A stretch of 63,580 nucleotides of DNA, filler included, from Conidiobolus incongruus B7586 (taxonomy: Eukaryota), in NCBI GenBank assembly GCA_000697335.1. It is 7 parts of 7 records of this genome, joined end to end, with 100 filler letters (N's around TTAATTAATTAA, not from the genome) between each part and the next. Parts side by side here need not be neighbours in the genome. Positions count along the whole stretch, not along the records: positions 48,975 to 55,618 come from JNEM01007007.1; positions 55,719 to 62,013 come from JNEM01007009.1; positions 62,114 to 63,580 come from JNEM01007029.1; 4 more parts are not named here. One strand, written 5' to 3'. The position numbers were made by a program, and so were the translations under genes. This document shows, in pieces, positions 50,601 to 63,580 of the stretch (position 1 is its first letter; every line of letters starts with the position of its first letter). The notes below the pieces were generated by a model. The model saw only the letters and a list, made by a program, of their open reading frames with translations. It was not told the DNA's origin and did not search any database.

Positions 50601-53341
50601 GAAAAATACTCAACAAACCAAAAAATATGTCACCTGTGTAATGATCCTATGACTACGAAAAATTGAGATTTGAGCGAAGAGGAATATATTAATGGGTTTC
50701 TAATATTTCGTCAATTTATATATTGTGTTATTTTGTATTAGAGATTTACAAATAGTTTTATTTATTATTTAAAATACTATTATTGATTTATTTATTGATA
50801 TACACATTGAATTTTTATTATTAAATCAGCATCTATAACTTTTAAAATATATTAATACATTAAAAGAGGTAAATTCAAGCGATATGCTAAGTATCATAAA
50901 TAAAAATAAATATTATAATTTCTCATTGTGATAACAAATTAGAACTATATTCGAAGGACAAATTGGATGAATCAATTCATTCTGAAATTTATTATATTTA
51001 ACAATGTTGATTTATACCTTAGTGAACTATTTTAGTTGATATTTGTTACTTAAATTGGTAATAAAAGGTGTTAAAATAACTTCAGCAACTTTATTGATAT
51101 ATGTTACCTTTAATAAAGGATGTTAAACTTAATGCTTACAAATTTATTCTTTATTTTTGGTTGCAATAAGTATTTCAGTTGAATTGAGCAAATATTTTAT
51201 TTTAACATATAATTTTGGAAATCTGAATAATTAATTTAATAATTTTTATTTAAATCATTATTTATAAATAAATATTGACTGTTATATTATAATTAAAAAA
51301 GATAGATTTATAGATTTATTAAGTATTGAGGTAATTTTAATAATAAAGAATAATTAAATTATTTTACAACCAATATTCAAATGAAAATTTACTATATTTC
51401 ATTCCATTTAATATTTAATATTTAATATTAAGTGGTTAAATTAGAACTTGTAAAAACTGTATCATCGTTCTTAATACATACTTGACAGTCTAAGTTAGAT
51501 GATATTGATAGCAAAATAATAAAATAATAATAGTAAGATGAACTTGGCATATTTATTTTAATGGATTATATTAACTATGATTAGCAAATATACAAGTCAG
51601 TTATTGGCATTTGTTGAATTGAGATTAAATGAGGATAAAACTTCGAAATTAATATTAATTTGAATTTACTCAAATTATTATCTTTCATTCTAAAAATAGC
51701 CAAATTTTATAATATTTAACAAAATAGAGCACTAAAAGCTGTAATATATCTTAAAATGGATCTTGTGTTTGTATATAATTGTGGATATCAATTTATCCTA
51801 AACCAGTAGAAAAAATAATTTTAATAGTTATTGTTGAACCTGTTCTCCATACAATTTTCAAGCTGTATCAATTAAAAATAAATATCAATATTGTTACCTA
51901 AATATACCATGCTATTTTGGATGCTTGATATAGAACAGAATATACTACTTTAGTATTATAACTTATAACCATGATAATCTGTGTAATTTACTAATAGCGA
52001 TTTATAAGCGAGAAACTGAAAAAAACTTGTGAATAAATTTCATAATGTGAAAAAAAATTGGTATAGACAAAATCATATGATGAATTATATTTTAAATAAA
52101 TAATATGAATTTATTTAATATTAATAACAAGAATATCAATTTTAATTTTAATATTAAAATAAGATATGAATTAAGTATGAATATAAATAAATATTTTATT
52201 ATTATATTATATTTTTTGAAAAAATAATATTAGTTAATAATATTAAATATTCTAGTAAATTCGCTGAAATAATTTTATTTATTAATTGAAATTTAATATT
52301 AATTTAATAATGTAAAGAAACTAACGTGAGTTGTTATAAATAAATGGTTAAATATTGTTCCACTTGTAAATATTTGATCTCAAAATAATTATCCATTATA
52401 TAGAATGCATTTGATCTAAATATCGAAACAATTAAATTTACAATACAATGCTTCAGCTTTATAATATTAATATATACCTCATGTTATTAAATCAAAATTC
52501 TAATAGTAAATAAATGCATTATATTTAAACAATAGTAATATTTTATGATATATTGAATCAGTATATTAACTGAAATAAATTTAAAGTTATTGATATTGAA
52601 ACATTAGCTTGGGTTTATGTTATGATTCTTATTTTCATGATAAAAGAGGTCACAATTTTAAATAAAATTTGAATATTATGAAAATTATTCAACAGGTTTA
52701 ATTCTATCAATTTTTGAAATAATTAAAATGAAAATTATATGAAGAGAGTTCATATATGTTAAAGAGTTTTAATATCAATGTCAAGCATTTTATTATTCGA
52801 ATATTAGTATATATATTTTTCATTCAAGATATGTAATAGTTTGCGGAATTGAAATATGTTGATTGAATTTACAAAAATGATAATTAAATTACACTATTTT
52901 GTCAAGTTGAACATGTATCCTTTGATTCAAAAATTTTTAATACATATATATTTTTTATTAATAATAGAAATATCAGTAAACTGTTGATTATTAAATATTT
53001 AAATGAATATTAAATAACAATTATGGTCATTATCTTTTAGGAAAAATCTAAAATTGGATTTGTATGTAAAATGGATAATATAAAATATTTGTTAAATTCA
53101 AATATTCTTAATTCTCCATATAATAAAACCACATCTTGTCCAAAGGTTGGATTATATTCAATTGGATAAGGTTACCCAAGGTAATTCTCAAACATTATCT
53201 GAATTCAAATTCATAATCAGGTTTGGGAATATCAAATATTCTGATGTGATATTTCAAAACATATAAATAGATAGGTGACCACGTAACTTGGAGTATCAAC
53301 TAAGTAGTATTAGTAATATTTAATTTAATTAATTTATCAAC

Positions 53342-53941
53342 ATGCAATTCAAATTCTTAGCCGTTGCCACTCTCATCTCTGCTATCTCTGCTCAAGCTTC
53401 CACCGACGCTGCTAAAATTCAAGCTTGTCTTGAAAAGGAATCCTGTAAGCTTACTGACGAAAAGTGCCTTGCCAAGTGCTTGCCTGTTGACAAAGCCACT
53501 GATGCTCAAAAGACCGCCTTTATGGGATGCCTTACTAAAGATTGTGCACAAAAGGAAGGAAAGGAAGCCCATGAATGTGCTGTAAAGTGCTTCCAACAAG
53601 CCGCCACTCAATCCAAGGATGGTGAAAAGAAAGACGGTGAAAAGAAGGAAGGCGAAACCAAGGATGGTGAAAAGAAAGATGGTGAAAAGAAGGAAGGCGA
53701 AACCAAGGATGGTGAAAAGAAGGATGGTGAAAAGAAGGAAGGCGAAACCAAGGATGGTGAAAAGAAGGATGGTGCTGCCAAGGATGGTGAAAAGAAAGAA
53801 GGTGAAAAGAAGGATGGTGCTGCCAAGGATGGTGAAAAGAAAGAAGGTGAAAAGAAGGGTGATGCTAAAAACACTAGTAACGCTTTCGCCCTCGTTCCCT
53901 CCACTTTCACTGCTTTAGTCGTTGCCGCTTTAGCTTTGTAA
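53342..53941 (+). CDS. Secreted, probably GPI-anchored surface protein: 8-Cys domain plus charged KDGEKKEGE repeats
   Basis: Signal peptide MQFKFLAVATLISAISA, two 4-Cys units, a repeat stalk and a C-terminal NTSNA followed by a hydrophobic tail. Strong codon bias; a TATA-like CATATAAATA lies about 80 nt upstream. Confidence 0.88.
   Translation: MQFKFLAVATLISAISAQASTDAAKIQACLEKESCKLTDEKCLAKCLPVDKATDAQKTAFMGCLTKDCAQKEGKEAHECAVKCFQQAATQSKDGEKKDGEKKEGETKDGEKKDGEKKEGETKDGEKKDGEKKEGETKDGEKKDGAAKDGEKKEGEKKDGAAKDGEKKEGEKKGDAKNTSNAFALVPSTFTALVVAALAL
53615..53865 (+). repeat. Coding tandem repeat, 15-nt unit (aaggatggtgaaaag) with a 45-nt higher-order period
   Basis: (KDGEK KDGEK KEGET)x3 followed by KDGAA-containing variants. 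Confidence 0.92.
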
Positions 53942-55789
53942 ATTTACCTTACTTTTATTCCTTTCTCGAATAAAATTTCTCTACTTATCCAAATTATGAT
54001 AATATTTTGAAATTATATTATATATTCATATTCATTTTTCATATTATTTAATTATTTTATAATTATATATTATTTTATTTCTTCTATCAAATATTTATTT
54101 ATTATTTAATTTGATTAAAATTTTTCCAAAGTATATGATTATTTAAATTAATCTATCATTAGATCATAACCTATCTCATTATTGAAATATATTATAATAT
54201 TATCATAATATTTTTCTAATTATTTTGGGTTATTATATTTCAAATTTGGATATTTCTTTTTCAGAATTAAATGATATTAATGAAATCTGATTAGGTACAA
54301 ATATAGTTCATTCTATATAATCACATTTTCACATATTCTAAAAATAGGCTTTTTGAAAAAAGAATCTAAATCTTGGAACATTAAAAAATAATAATATGTG
54401 GATATATTAATAACAAATTTTACATTAACGTATACAAAATATTTTGATTTCATTCATTAATATATCAAATTGTCTTACCTTTGGTTACTTGTTTTATTAA
54501 CATGATATCACAGCTATATAGCAATTTTTATTCAATATTAGTCTGTGTTTAATTCAAAGTTTGAATCAAATGATGGGTAATAATCTCGTCAATCACTCAA
54601 GAAACTGTGATTGCCACACTGAATCAAGAAATCATATTAGAGAATACCCATTTCCTGAACTCTAATATAACATTATCATGAATGAACTAATAAACGCCTC
54701 TCTTTTATCTTCATTTTAAAAGTATCCAGTCTCTAAGCTTTTGTCGTAATTTTCAAAAGTATTGAGTCTTGACAAGCGTGGGATATTTACTTTATTCGCA
54801 GTAAGCCATTTTCACCTCATTTGGTGAACCCCATTTATTTCCCCCAACTCTGTGATAATCTATTGTTTACAACTTGAGATTCCCTGTTTAAGCTCTAAAA
54901 GTCTATTTCCTCCCAAAATTGCAGTTGTCACAAACATACGAGCTAGAAGCCTATCAAATTTTCTATCCAAAAATTGAAGTTAAATTCAAGTATTATATTT
55001 AAATTTCTTTGTTCATATTTGAATATTATATAATTATTTCAATATAAAATATAATTTTTATCTAAACAAATTATATTTATTATTTTATTATTAATTTAGT
55101 TTAATAATATTAGGATTATATCTAATAATCAACTTAATATATTGAATAAGTTTTAATAACTTTATAAATTATCCTAGTGTTGGAAACTGGGATAATCATA
55201 TTAAAGTAAGCTCAAGTATGGATAATTCATAAAATTGGGAAATAAATTATATAAGATTTTATTAGAAGTTTTTTATAGGGGATTAGGCTTAATTTCCCTT
55301 TAGCAAAAGATATAATAGTTTTTTTTATATATTAAAATAAAAAATAATAAATTTAAGCATAAAAGATAAATATATAAATTAATTAGGTAGATAAATAGTA
55401 TTGTATAATTTAAAATTAATAATAAAAATAAAAATAGCAAATTTTTATTTTTGATTTTTTAAATATTTTTTCAATTTTAAAAAACTAATTATATATAAAA
55501 TATATAAAAAATTTAATATTATCAAACTAAATCTTTATATTTATAATTATTATTAAATCAAAATATATTTATTAGAATATTTAAGGTTGAATTTAATTAT
55601 ATTTAAATAAATAATAATNNNNNNNNNNNNNNNNNNNNNNNNNNNNNNNNNNNNNNNNNNNNTTAATTAATTAANNNNNNNNNNNNNNNNNNNNNNNNNN
55701 NNNNNNNNNNNNNNNNNNATATAATTTAATTAATATAAAAAAGATTAAAATAATATAATAACATTTATTATAATTTTATAATAATATAA

Positions 55790-56050
55790 TAATATATCTA
55801 AAAGTTTTATTATTTGCTATCGTTCTAACTCATTAACCAAAAAACCTATAGCTTATCTTAATTGAACATTAGATTTAAATATATTAACCAATAGTTAATA
55901 TAATATAATCAAATATAGTTTATTATAACCAAATAATATACTTTGAAAAAAATATTATTTAACTTAAGCTTTTTTGATTAAAAGATAATTAAGTTAAAAG
56001 TAAAAATATTAATGATTTTAATTATATAACTTAGTTTTATAAATTAATAT
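55790..56050 (-). mobile_element. Eroded 5' end of the Tc1-like family
   Basis: The reverse complement contains 'tatatttgattatattatattaactattggttaatatat', matching 31353-31391, and the terminal 'ataaaactaagttata' matches 31232-31248. Confidence 0.6.
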
Positions 56051-59000
56051 ATATATATAGTTTAAAAATATTAGTCCTTTTATATATTTCATATATCATT
56101 AATTTTTTAAAACTAGTAATATATTTGAAGAAACAAAAATTAAAAATTTTTCCATATTTTTAAACTAATAATCTTAATTTTATAAATAGCTAATATTATA
56201 AAAATTTTTAAATAATATAAGAAGATAATCATGATGTATTATGTAATTTAAAAACAAAATGGCTTTGTTTTTGGAAATATATATATAAATAAATTTTATT
56301 AAGCAATATTTTATTGAATTCAGTAGATATAATAATACCAATTTAGAATTTATTTATACAGAAAATAAAATTTTAAATTATCATAATAAATTATAAATCA
56401 GACGAATATAACTCGGAGTTCGAACTAGTATTTTGGCTTTAATAATTATTTTATATTGAATAAAAAATTATGATTAAAGCTGTTATCTTTATGGATATAT
56501 CCCTTTACATTTAGGAATTATGTATCATTTAAATTGTGAAATAAACTGATGATTATATATGTGTCAAAGTGTAGTTGAAAATCTTTATTCAAATAATTGT
56601 TCACTAGTGATAATTGTTAGATAACCTTTTTTGAAAATATATATATGCTTCTAGTTAAAAATTTATTTTTATTATTATGGACCAAAACATGATCAACATG
56701 ATGATTATAAGTTATCTTTAAATTGATTTAAATTACTCTATATTTTCTCAATTCATGATAATCTTAACAACATATTAGCGAAATTTCGAATCTCAAATCA
56801 TCATTTTTTGCAATTACTATTATTAACTCCTATACTAATCAAGAACGCTATTGCTAATTTTAGGGTATGATTAAATTCTCCATAATTTTGTCTAATGGTA
56901 AATTCTATTTTTAGACATTAATCAATTAAAATAAATAACAATGCTTGATGAGAATTTTGAAACTTGGTTACTATTGTACAATCTTTGATAATCAAATTTC
57001 TTAACAAGTTATATTTGACCAAATTGTTTGATTTTATTAATATTTGATTTCGGTCAAAACTTAACCTGCATGTTATCTGAGATCAATAACAACGATTTAT
57101 AAACTCAAAATTGATTTATATGATTTAATCAAACTTATTAGGTATTTGAAAATTTTTTAATTTTTTTAATTAAAAAGATGATATGATTTAAGATTCCTTA
57201 GAGCTTTAAAAATTTTTGATATGAGATAATATACAATTTTACTCTGAAACAATATGAAGTTATATTTACATTTCAAAATTAGTAATCATATTCAAAATTT
57301 TAATTGGATCTATAATTAGATTTGATCAATTTGTAATAAAAAAGGATATAATATTTGCACATAATTCAAGTTCAGTATTCCCAGTAATATATAATTATTC
57401 GTTAATGTTTAAAAGATATGTAGCTGTTGAATTTATGTCTAGGTATTAATAATTTCATTATTTATAAATGTCTTAATTATTAAACAAATTCATAATGTTT
57501 TTATCTTTTTGTAGAATAATAATATTAAAAATATTTTCAAAAATTAATATATATTGAGTTTAAATTCATTTTTAAAGAAGCTATCTTTAGTAAAATAAAT
57601 CAATTGAATATTGACAATGACATCTAAATAATGATTAACAAGTATAATTTAGGGGATTAATTAGCTCTTCTAAAGGTTATATGAATCATTTCTAAATATT
57701 CTATTTAAAAATTATTATTGTTGAAATATTTATAGTGTAATTGCAGAATATTAATAAAAAATATATAAATTGAATTTTTGCAATTACCATGAGAAAATTA
57801 TTATTTGAAAAATTTTAAATCTGCTTTTTTTCAAATGTTAAAATTGATTAATTTATATTCTTAATTTCATAAATATTAAAATTTATATATAAATATTATC
57901 GATTCCAAGCATTTAGTTTAAAATTTAAAGATATAATAATTTGTGAAAATACTATGCAAATTAATCACTACTATAATCAGGTACAAAATATGTTAATACT
58001 ATTTAAAATTTCAATCCATAACATCAAAATATTGTGATAAATATTAAAAGTTATTAATGCAATTTGCATAGATCGATAAAGGTATGAAATTATATAACAA
58101 ATAACTGAGTTATCCTAATACAATAATTATATCATTCCAAAACATCATTAAATGTTTAATAAAAAATTTTATCAACGATAGAATCATATCTTACTAATGT
58201 TGATATATCTCAAATAATAGTTATCATTAATTTTGATAAATTGGGCATTTCCCTCATAAATCTAACTGATAAATTAAATATTAGTAAAAATGCAAGGTTT
58301 ATTAATACAATATTCACATAGAATTAATTTATGATAGGAAGAATTTAGAGTGCATACAATTCAGCGTAGCACCTGACAAGAGATCTGTTAACTTTATTTC
58401 ATTTTATTATTATTAAATTCTAATCTTATGAAATTAGATTAAGTTATGATTTATTTTTGGCATTGGTAACGATTATTAAATGTAAAAGATTTAATTTATA
58501 TAAAAGTCATAAACAACTCACTTCTTGATTATTCATATCAGTTTAATTGAAATTTTTGTCATGTATCTGAAATCAATTCAATAATCAAATATATATTTGA
58601 TAAATCTATAATGGGTAATATAGAAATAAATCTGTATGTATCAATTAAACATTAAAAATATAGAATTATGTGTTTATTCAATATTATACAATTTTATGAT
58701 ATGATATCGTTATATATAATTATTATTAATATATAAGTATATAGAGGCTTTAATATTTAATTAAAATATTATTTTCTAATTAGGGAATTTTTTGCAAATT
58801 TTTAGAATAAATTCACATATATATGAGTACCTATAGTAATCAACAAAGCGAGGTAATAAAAACTTGTTTAAAATTTTTTTTGTGTATATGAAGTTTGTGT
58901 AATGAATATTAATAATTTAGAAACCAAAAAAGAAAAATTACCTCAATATTGTAGATTTATTGATATTTAAATGTTATTGTTATTATATACTCGGGCTTTG

Positions 59001-59664
59001 GGAGAATAATATTACTATAATGGAATAATATTTTGATTTACAATATCAAATATTTAATTAATTTTAAAAAAAAATTGAAAAATCGTATTTTCTATATTTA
59101 TTACAATCATTATAGAAAACAGGATTTACATATTTAATCATAGATTTTATTTAAAAATAGTAATTTACACAGCGTTCCAGTTTAATAAAAAAGGGATCTA
59201 GATATATATATATATTTAATATGCTATTTTTATCATTTTCTAAAAATAGAAAATTGGAAAGATTCAACCATAAAATATTTGTAATACATGATCTTTTTTT
59301 CATTGGTGCTTTATATTTTCAATTTTCTTGGGTTGTTCAAGGACATGTCAAGTTCATAATAATATTTAGGTTAATATTAGGATTCATTGTAACCTCCTTT
59401 ATTCATAATTTTATATTAATTCAATTTTTTAAAATTATAAAATTATACAATTGTTAGTTATTATTTAATTGGTAATACTAATTTTATAATTTAATGTCAA
59501 TTAATTATTTAATAAAATGAAATTACAAAAAAAATTTGAAATATTAAAATAAAATTATATATTTTATAAAAATTAATTAATATCATTGTAAATAAAATTA
59601 ATTATATTTAACTTGGTAGTATACATTTATTATATATTATAAAATAATTTTAAATAAAGTAGTA

Positions 59665-60555
59665 TTAGTCATGTTTCCAAGATCCTAGGAAGTGATGAAC
59701 ATCCACTATAAATGAATTTTCATCAGTTTCATTATGACATGAATGTGGCATGCTCAATGCAAAACCTTTAACATTTAAGATACAGATATCGTTATACTTG
59801 TAAGAGCTTCCACATTTCATTTGTTCTTTGATGTTGACCCCTGTAGTTACAGAAATATAATCCATGATAGCATCAGTCCAAATACCAGGTCCAGTAACTT
59901 CCATGACATCTTGGTCGTGAAGATTCATTTTGCGAACTTGATAATATTCAATCTGTCTAACAACTCGGTCGATAACGAGTTTCATCATGGGGTGCTTAGG
60001 GGCAGCGTAAAACGACCACTGGCAAATTTGCAAGCTTCTAGGAAATTTAGTAATCCAGTCATCTTCGTGTCTGTAGTCAGCTTCAACTCCGACAATCACG
60101 TTGCACTGATTCAATCTATTCATAGAGTCATGGAATTCGGAAGCTACTTCAACGTCAGAATCTGCATAAAGACCTCCTTCTTGATAGATAATTGAATAGC
60201 GGAACAAGTCATAGGCTAAAATCTTCCTCTCATTAAAGACCTTCTCAAAATCAATTGTAGGATAGCTAGATATCAAATGATCTTTTACAGCTTCGTCCGA
60301 CATAAAGTTATAAGTCCATCCAGGAACTGATTTCCATCCGTTCATCAATTTTTCAATACGTTTTTCAACCTTATGGGGTGCTGTTTGCCATATTGACTGT
60401 TTAAGTTCTACTTTATTTTCTTTAGGAGTATTTACATGAGGATTTGAATTTTTTGAATGTTTTGTATAATAAACAATATTAAATATAATTAAAGATGTAA
60501 AAAAGAATATTAAAAGGAATTTTATCAGTGTTGTATTCCTCTTATTTTCGTTCAT
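59665..60555 (-). CDS. GT32 alpha-1,6-mannosyltransferase, Och1/Hoc1-like
   Basis: N-terminal type II membrane anchor, IWQT, DLFRY, GGLYADSDV (DxD), QICQWSF, TGPGIWTDAI and HHFLGSWK. Confidence 0.9.
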   Translation of the reverse strand: MNENKRNTTLIKFLLIFFFTSLIIFNIVYYTKHSKNSNPHVNTPKENKVELKQSIWQTAPHKVEKRIEKLMNGWKSVPGWTYNFMSDEAVKDHLISSYPTIDFEKVFNERKILAYDLFRYSIIYQEGGLYADSDVEVASEFHDSMNRLNQCNVIVGVEADYRHEDDWITKFPRSLQICQWSFYAAPKHPMMKLVIDRVVRQIEYYQVRKMNLHDQDVMEVTGPGIWTDAIMDYISVTTGVNIKEQMKCGSSYKYNDICILNVKGFALSMPHSCHNETDENSFIVDVHHFLGSWKHD

Positions 60556-61610
60556 AATATTACTATATAATAGACTATATTAATTAATTTAAATTATATA
60601 ATTTTTAATAATGATTTAAATCAGATTTGATAAATAATTCATATACAGTATAAACTCCTATTTATACTTTAAATTATCTAATATTTGTTACACTTAATAA
60701 AGAATTTAAAATTCTGATTTCCAAACTATTAAGTTTGAAGTTGTACAAAATCAAATATTTGAATTTTAAAATTCAATTATTGAGAAAAAAAATTGATTTT
60801 TATTAAAAAATTTGATTTATATAATAATGTGGTAAATATTTTTTAATAGTTAATTATAAAAAATCATAGAGGAATATTATTAAACAAATTTAGTTAATTT
60901 ATTAAGGAGTAAAAAAAATTATTTGTTAAAAATAATTATTGATTAAATATTCAATTGAATCCAGTTGAATAGTAATATTTGAATAGTATGAAGGAAATAT
61001 TCATAAAATTAATAAGATATTACTTGCAATATCTAACAGAGAAAATTGTTTGATTTAAAATAGAAAAAGTTGCACTTAATATTTTTGATATAAATCCCCA
61101 AAACAATCTAAAAATTTGTAACACATATTTTAACTAGATATGAAACACATTGGCAATAAAATACAGGAATTATATAAACGAGAAAAAAGATATAATATTA
61201 TAAAATATCAAATATAATTATAATGATGAAGTCATACTGTACTATATTTATATTTTTAAATTAACTAAAATATACTGAAATTCTAATCAACTTTTAACAA
61301 CTAAATATTCAAAATAAATATATAATCTATTAAATTATTTTATTTAATATTAGTATTAATATTATAATTGCCAAATTTCATTTGTATTAAAAATTTAAAT
61401 ATATGAATTATACTCAAAAATAGTATTTTGTTTTGAAATTAATAAAATTAGTGTAATTAGAACTAATAGAATAATAATGAGTCAAAATAGTAAGAAATTA
61501 ATATTAATTGAGATAACAGAAAATATTATTTTCTATTATCAATTCTAACTCAATTATTATTAAAATCTGAAATCAGAACAAAGATTTTTAAAATTAATAT
61601 AATTCAAAAT

Positions 61611-62013
61611 TATTACTCTGCATTTTTAATAATGGGAATTTTTTGCAATTAAAAATAAATAAACATTTGAATATATGATATATAAAAATAAATATATAAT
61701 ATAAATTTAATAGTTTCCTTTATTATTAATAACTTTTTGCCATACTTTTGGCAAACTTCTAACACCTAAAAAACAGTTCTTTTTATTAAGGACTGAAATT
61801 TGATGTTTCACAAACCAATTAAATTTTCCTGCAGAAATTTTCTTTCCTGCAAGCTGGTTTTTTAATTGCCCAAAGCAATTATAATCACATGGGTTATAAT
61901 CAGGGGAATATACTGGATGTGGTAGTTCTTTCCAGTTATTTTTAATTAGAAAGTTTTTTACAGCTTTAGATTTATGTATTTTGCAATTATCATGCAAAAT
62001 AATAGGTCTTCTC
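61611..62013 (-). mobile_element. Mariner transposon 3' end with an uninterrupted transposase C-terminus (cut by gap)
   Basis: IILHDNCKIH...WKELPHPVYSPDYNPCDY (DD34D, YSPDLAP-like)...LPKVWQKVINNKGNY*. Terminus TA|TTACTCTGCATTTTTAATAATGGGAATT at 61611. Confidence 0.92.
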
Positions 62014-62113
62014 NNNNNNNNNNNNNNNNNNNNNNNNNNNNNNNNNNNNNNNNNNNNTTAATTAATTAANNNNNNNNNNNNNNNNNNNNNNNNNNNNNNN
62101 NNNNNNNNNNNNN

Positions 62114-62335
62114 GCAGGAAAATTTAATTGGTTTGTGAAACATCAAATTTCAGTCTTTAATAAAAAGAACTATTTTTTAGGTGTTAGATCTTTGCTAAAA
62201 GTATAGTAAAAAGTTATTAGAAATAAAGGAAATTATTAATTTTATATTATATATTTATTTTTACTTTGTATATATTAAAATGTTTATTTTTTTTCAATCA
62301 CAAAAAATTCCCATTATTTAAATTACAAAGTAATA
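62114..62335 (+). mobile_element. Second mariner 3' end, opposite orientation, partly mutated
   Basis: Near-identical to 1068-1289 and to the reverse complement of 61611-61833. TGG CAA has become TAG TAA. Ends ...caaagtaa|TA. Confidence 0.9.
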
Positions 62336-63580
62336 TTTTCAATAGATCATATAGCCAAAATTATATAGATATTGATTACTTAAGATCTTGGATCAAATTA
62401 AAAATATTTATGATTTATTTTGAGAAGAAAACCACAAAACTAATTTAAAGCTTCATTTAATTCTTTATTATTGTAGAAAACCTGTAATGGTAAATATTAC
62501 AAACAGGTAATATAAAACAATAAAAAATTTGATGATTGATATTAAATTTTTATTCAATTTTACTCAAATATATTAGGATATTTTATTTGTATGTGACTAT
62601 AATTTCAAAACTATCACAATTAAATCTCAATTTTACTGAATAAAAATCAAGTTAATATCCAACTAATTTGACTTATAGTAAACAAAGTTATTCAGATTTG
62701 GATTTATTGCTTATCTTATTAGATTGTTTTTTTATCTCAATTAGAAATTTATTAAATTCGATTTGAAATTTTATATTTTTCAGGAAAATTATTTTTATTG
62801 AGGATAAGGTTCCCAACATTCTAAAAATATTTTCTCTATTTAATATACTTTAATAATCATCTAAATAATATTTCAAACGTTAATAATAATATTCCTCAGC
62901 CAGATATTATCAAAAGTAAAATATATCTATTGGATATAATATAAATGAAGAATCTAAAAAGAAAATTGGATTGATAATTATAAGTGTTCGAAAATATTAA
63001 AAAATATAGTATATAGGGAGAATACATGGCGATGTATAATGTAAATTGCTTGAACTATATATTATATATATATAGGATTAAAATTTTAGTTGAGATTTTT
63101 ATAATTTTGAATCTATTGAGATTATAACTTGATAATTTTATTAGAATTGAAAATATTTAGATAAATATATAATATTGAGCAATAATATACCCGAGTATTG
63201 GGCTGAAATAAGAAGTTAATAGTTATAAATACATGTTCAATATATAATTTGATCAGATTTTGACAAAGTATAATTAATCATTTTAATATTTTCAACTAGA
63301 ATGTAATATGTAATATTGTATTTAATCTATAATAAAAATAATTAATTTGCAAATTACTAATTTCAAATTTATAGAATATTTTAAATAATATATAAACTAT
63401 TAATAATTATTATCATAAGTATATTGATATTTATATATATTTAATATATATTAAATATATATTGAGAAGGTTCAAATTAATATTTATTTATAATATCATA
63501 TAGTTAATAAATTAGCAAAATTTTTAATTTAATTTTGATAATATATTATGGATTTTAAAGATAGATATATAAAAAAATAA

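Noticed and set aside
53615..53865. Regular short repeats that might suggest a CRISPR array
   Set aside because: No unique spacers; in-frame protein repeat in a eukaryotic gene.
53357..53918. Overlapping ORFs in alternative frames and antisense (MVKRK..., FFSPS... repeats)
   Set aside because: By-products of the stop-free 15-nt coding repeat and codon bias of the real gene.
54540..54960. Mildly GC-richer patch (similar one at about 8690-8850)
   Set aside because: No sustained ORF, recognisable motif or RNA fold that I could support.

Overview
Very AT-rich fungal genomic scaffold. It has roughly 50-nt GT-AG introns and seven N-gaps, each with a TTAATTAATTAA assembly spacer. Gene content and composition suggest an early-diverging fungus, most like Entomophthoromycotina/Conidiobolus (my inference, not verified). 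Intact genes form GC-richer islands: TRP5 (3 introns), a rhodopsin-like 7TM receptor with a decayed tandem paralog, HOM6, tRNA-Val(AAC), tRNA-His(GTG), BUD6/AIP3, a stand-alone mariner HTH protein, MET22/HAL2 (4 introns), an F-box-like/LRR protein, the 3' end of GPI13/PIG-O, a tail-anchored unknown protein, a secreted trypsin homolog lacking its catalytic triad, a Cys-rich KDGEKK-repeat GPI-type protein and an OCH1-like GT32. Several of the AT-rich intergenic stretches are recognisable Tc1/mariner relics at graded stages of decay. The main observation is a hand alignment of two copies of one mariner over 307 nt: 21 of 22 differences are C>T/G>A in the same direction, in CpA/CpT/CpC context. 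This looks like RIP-like repeat hypermutation in a lineage where RIP is not established. The second is an apparently domesticated mariner DNA-binding domain that has escaped this erosion. All alignments and counts were done by eye.
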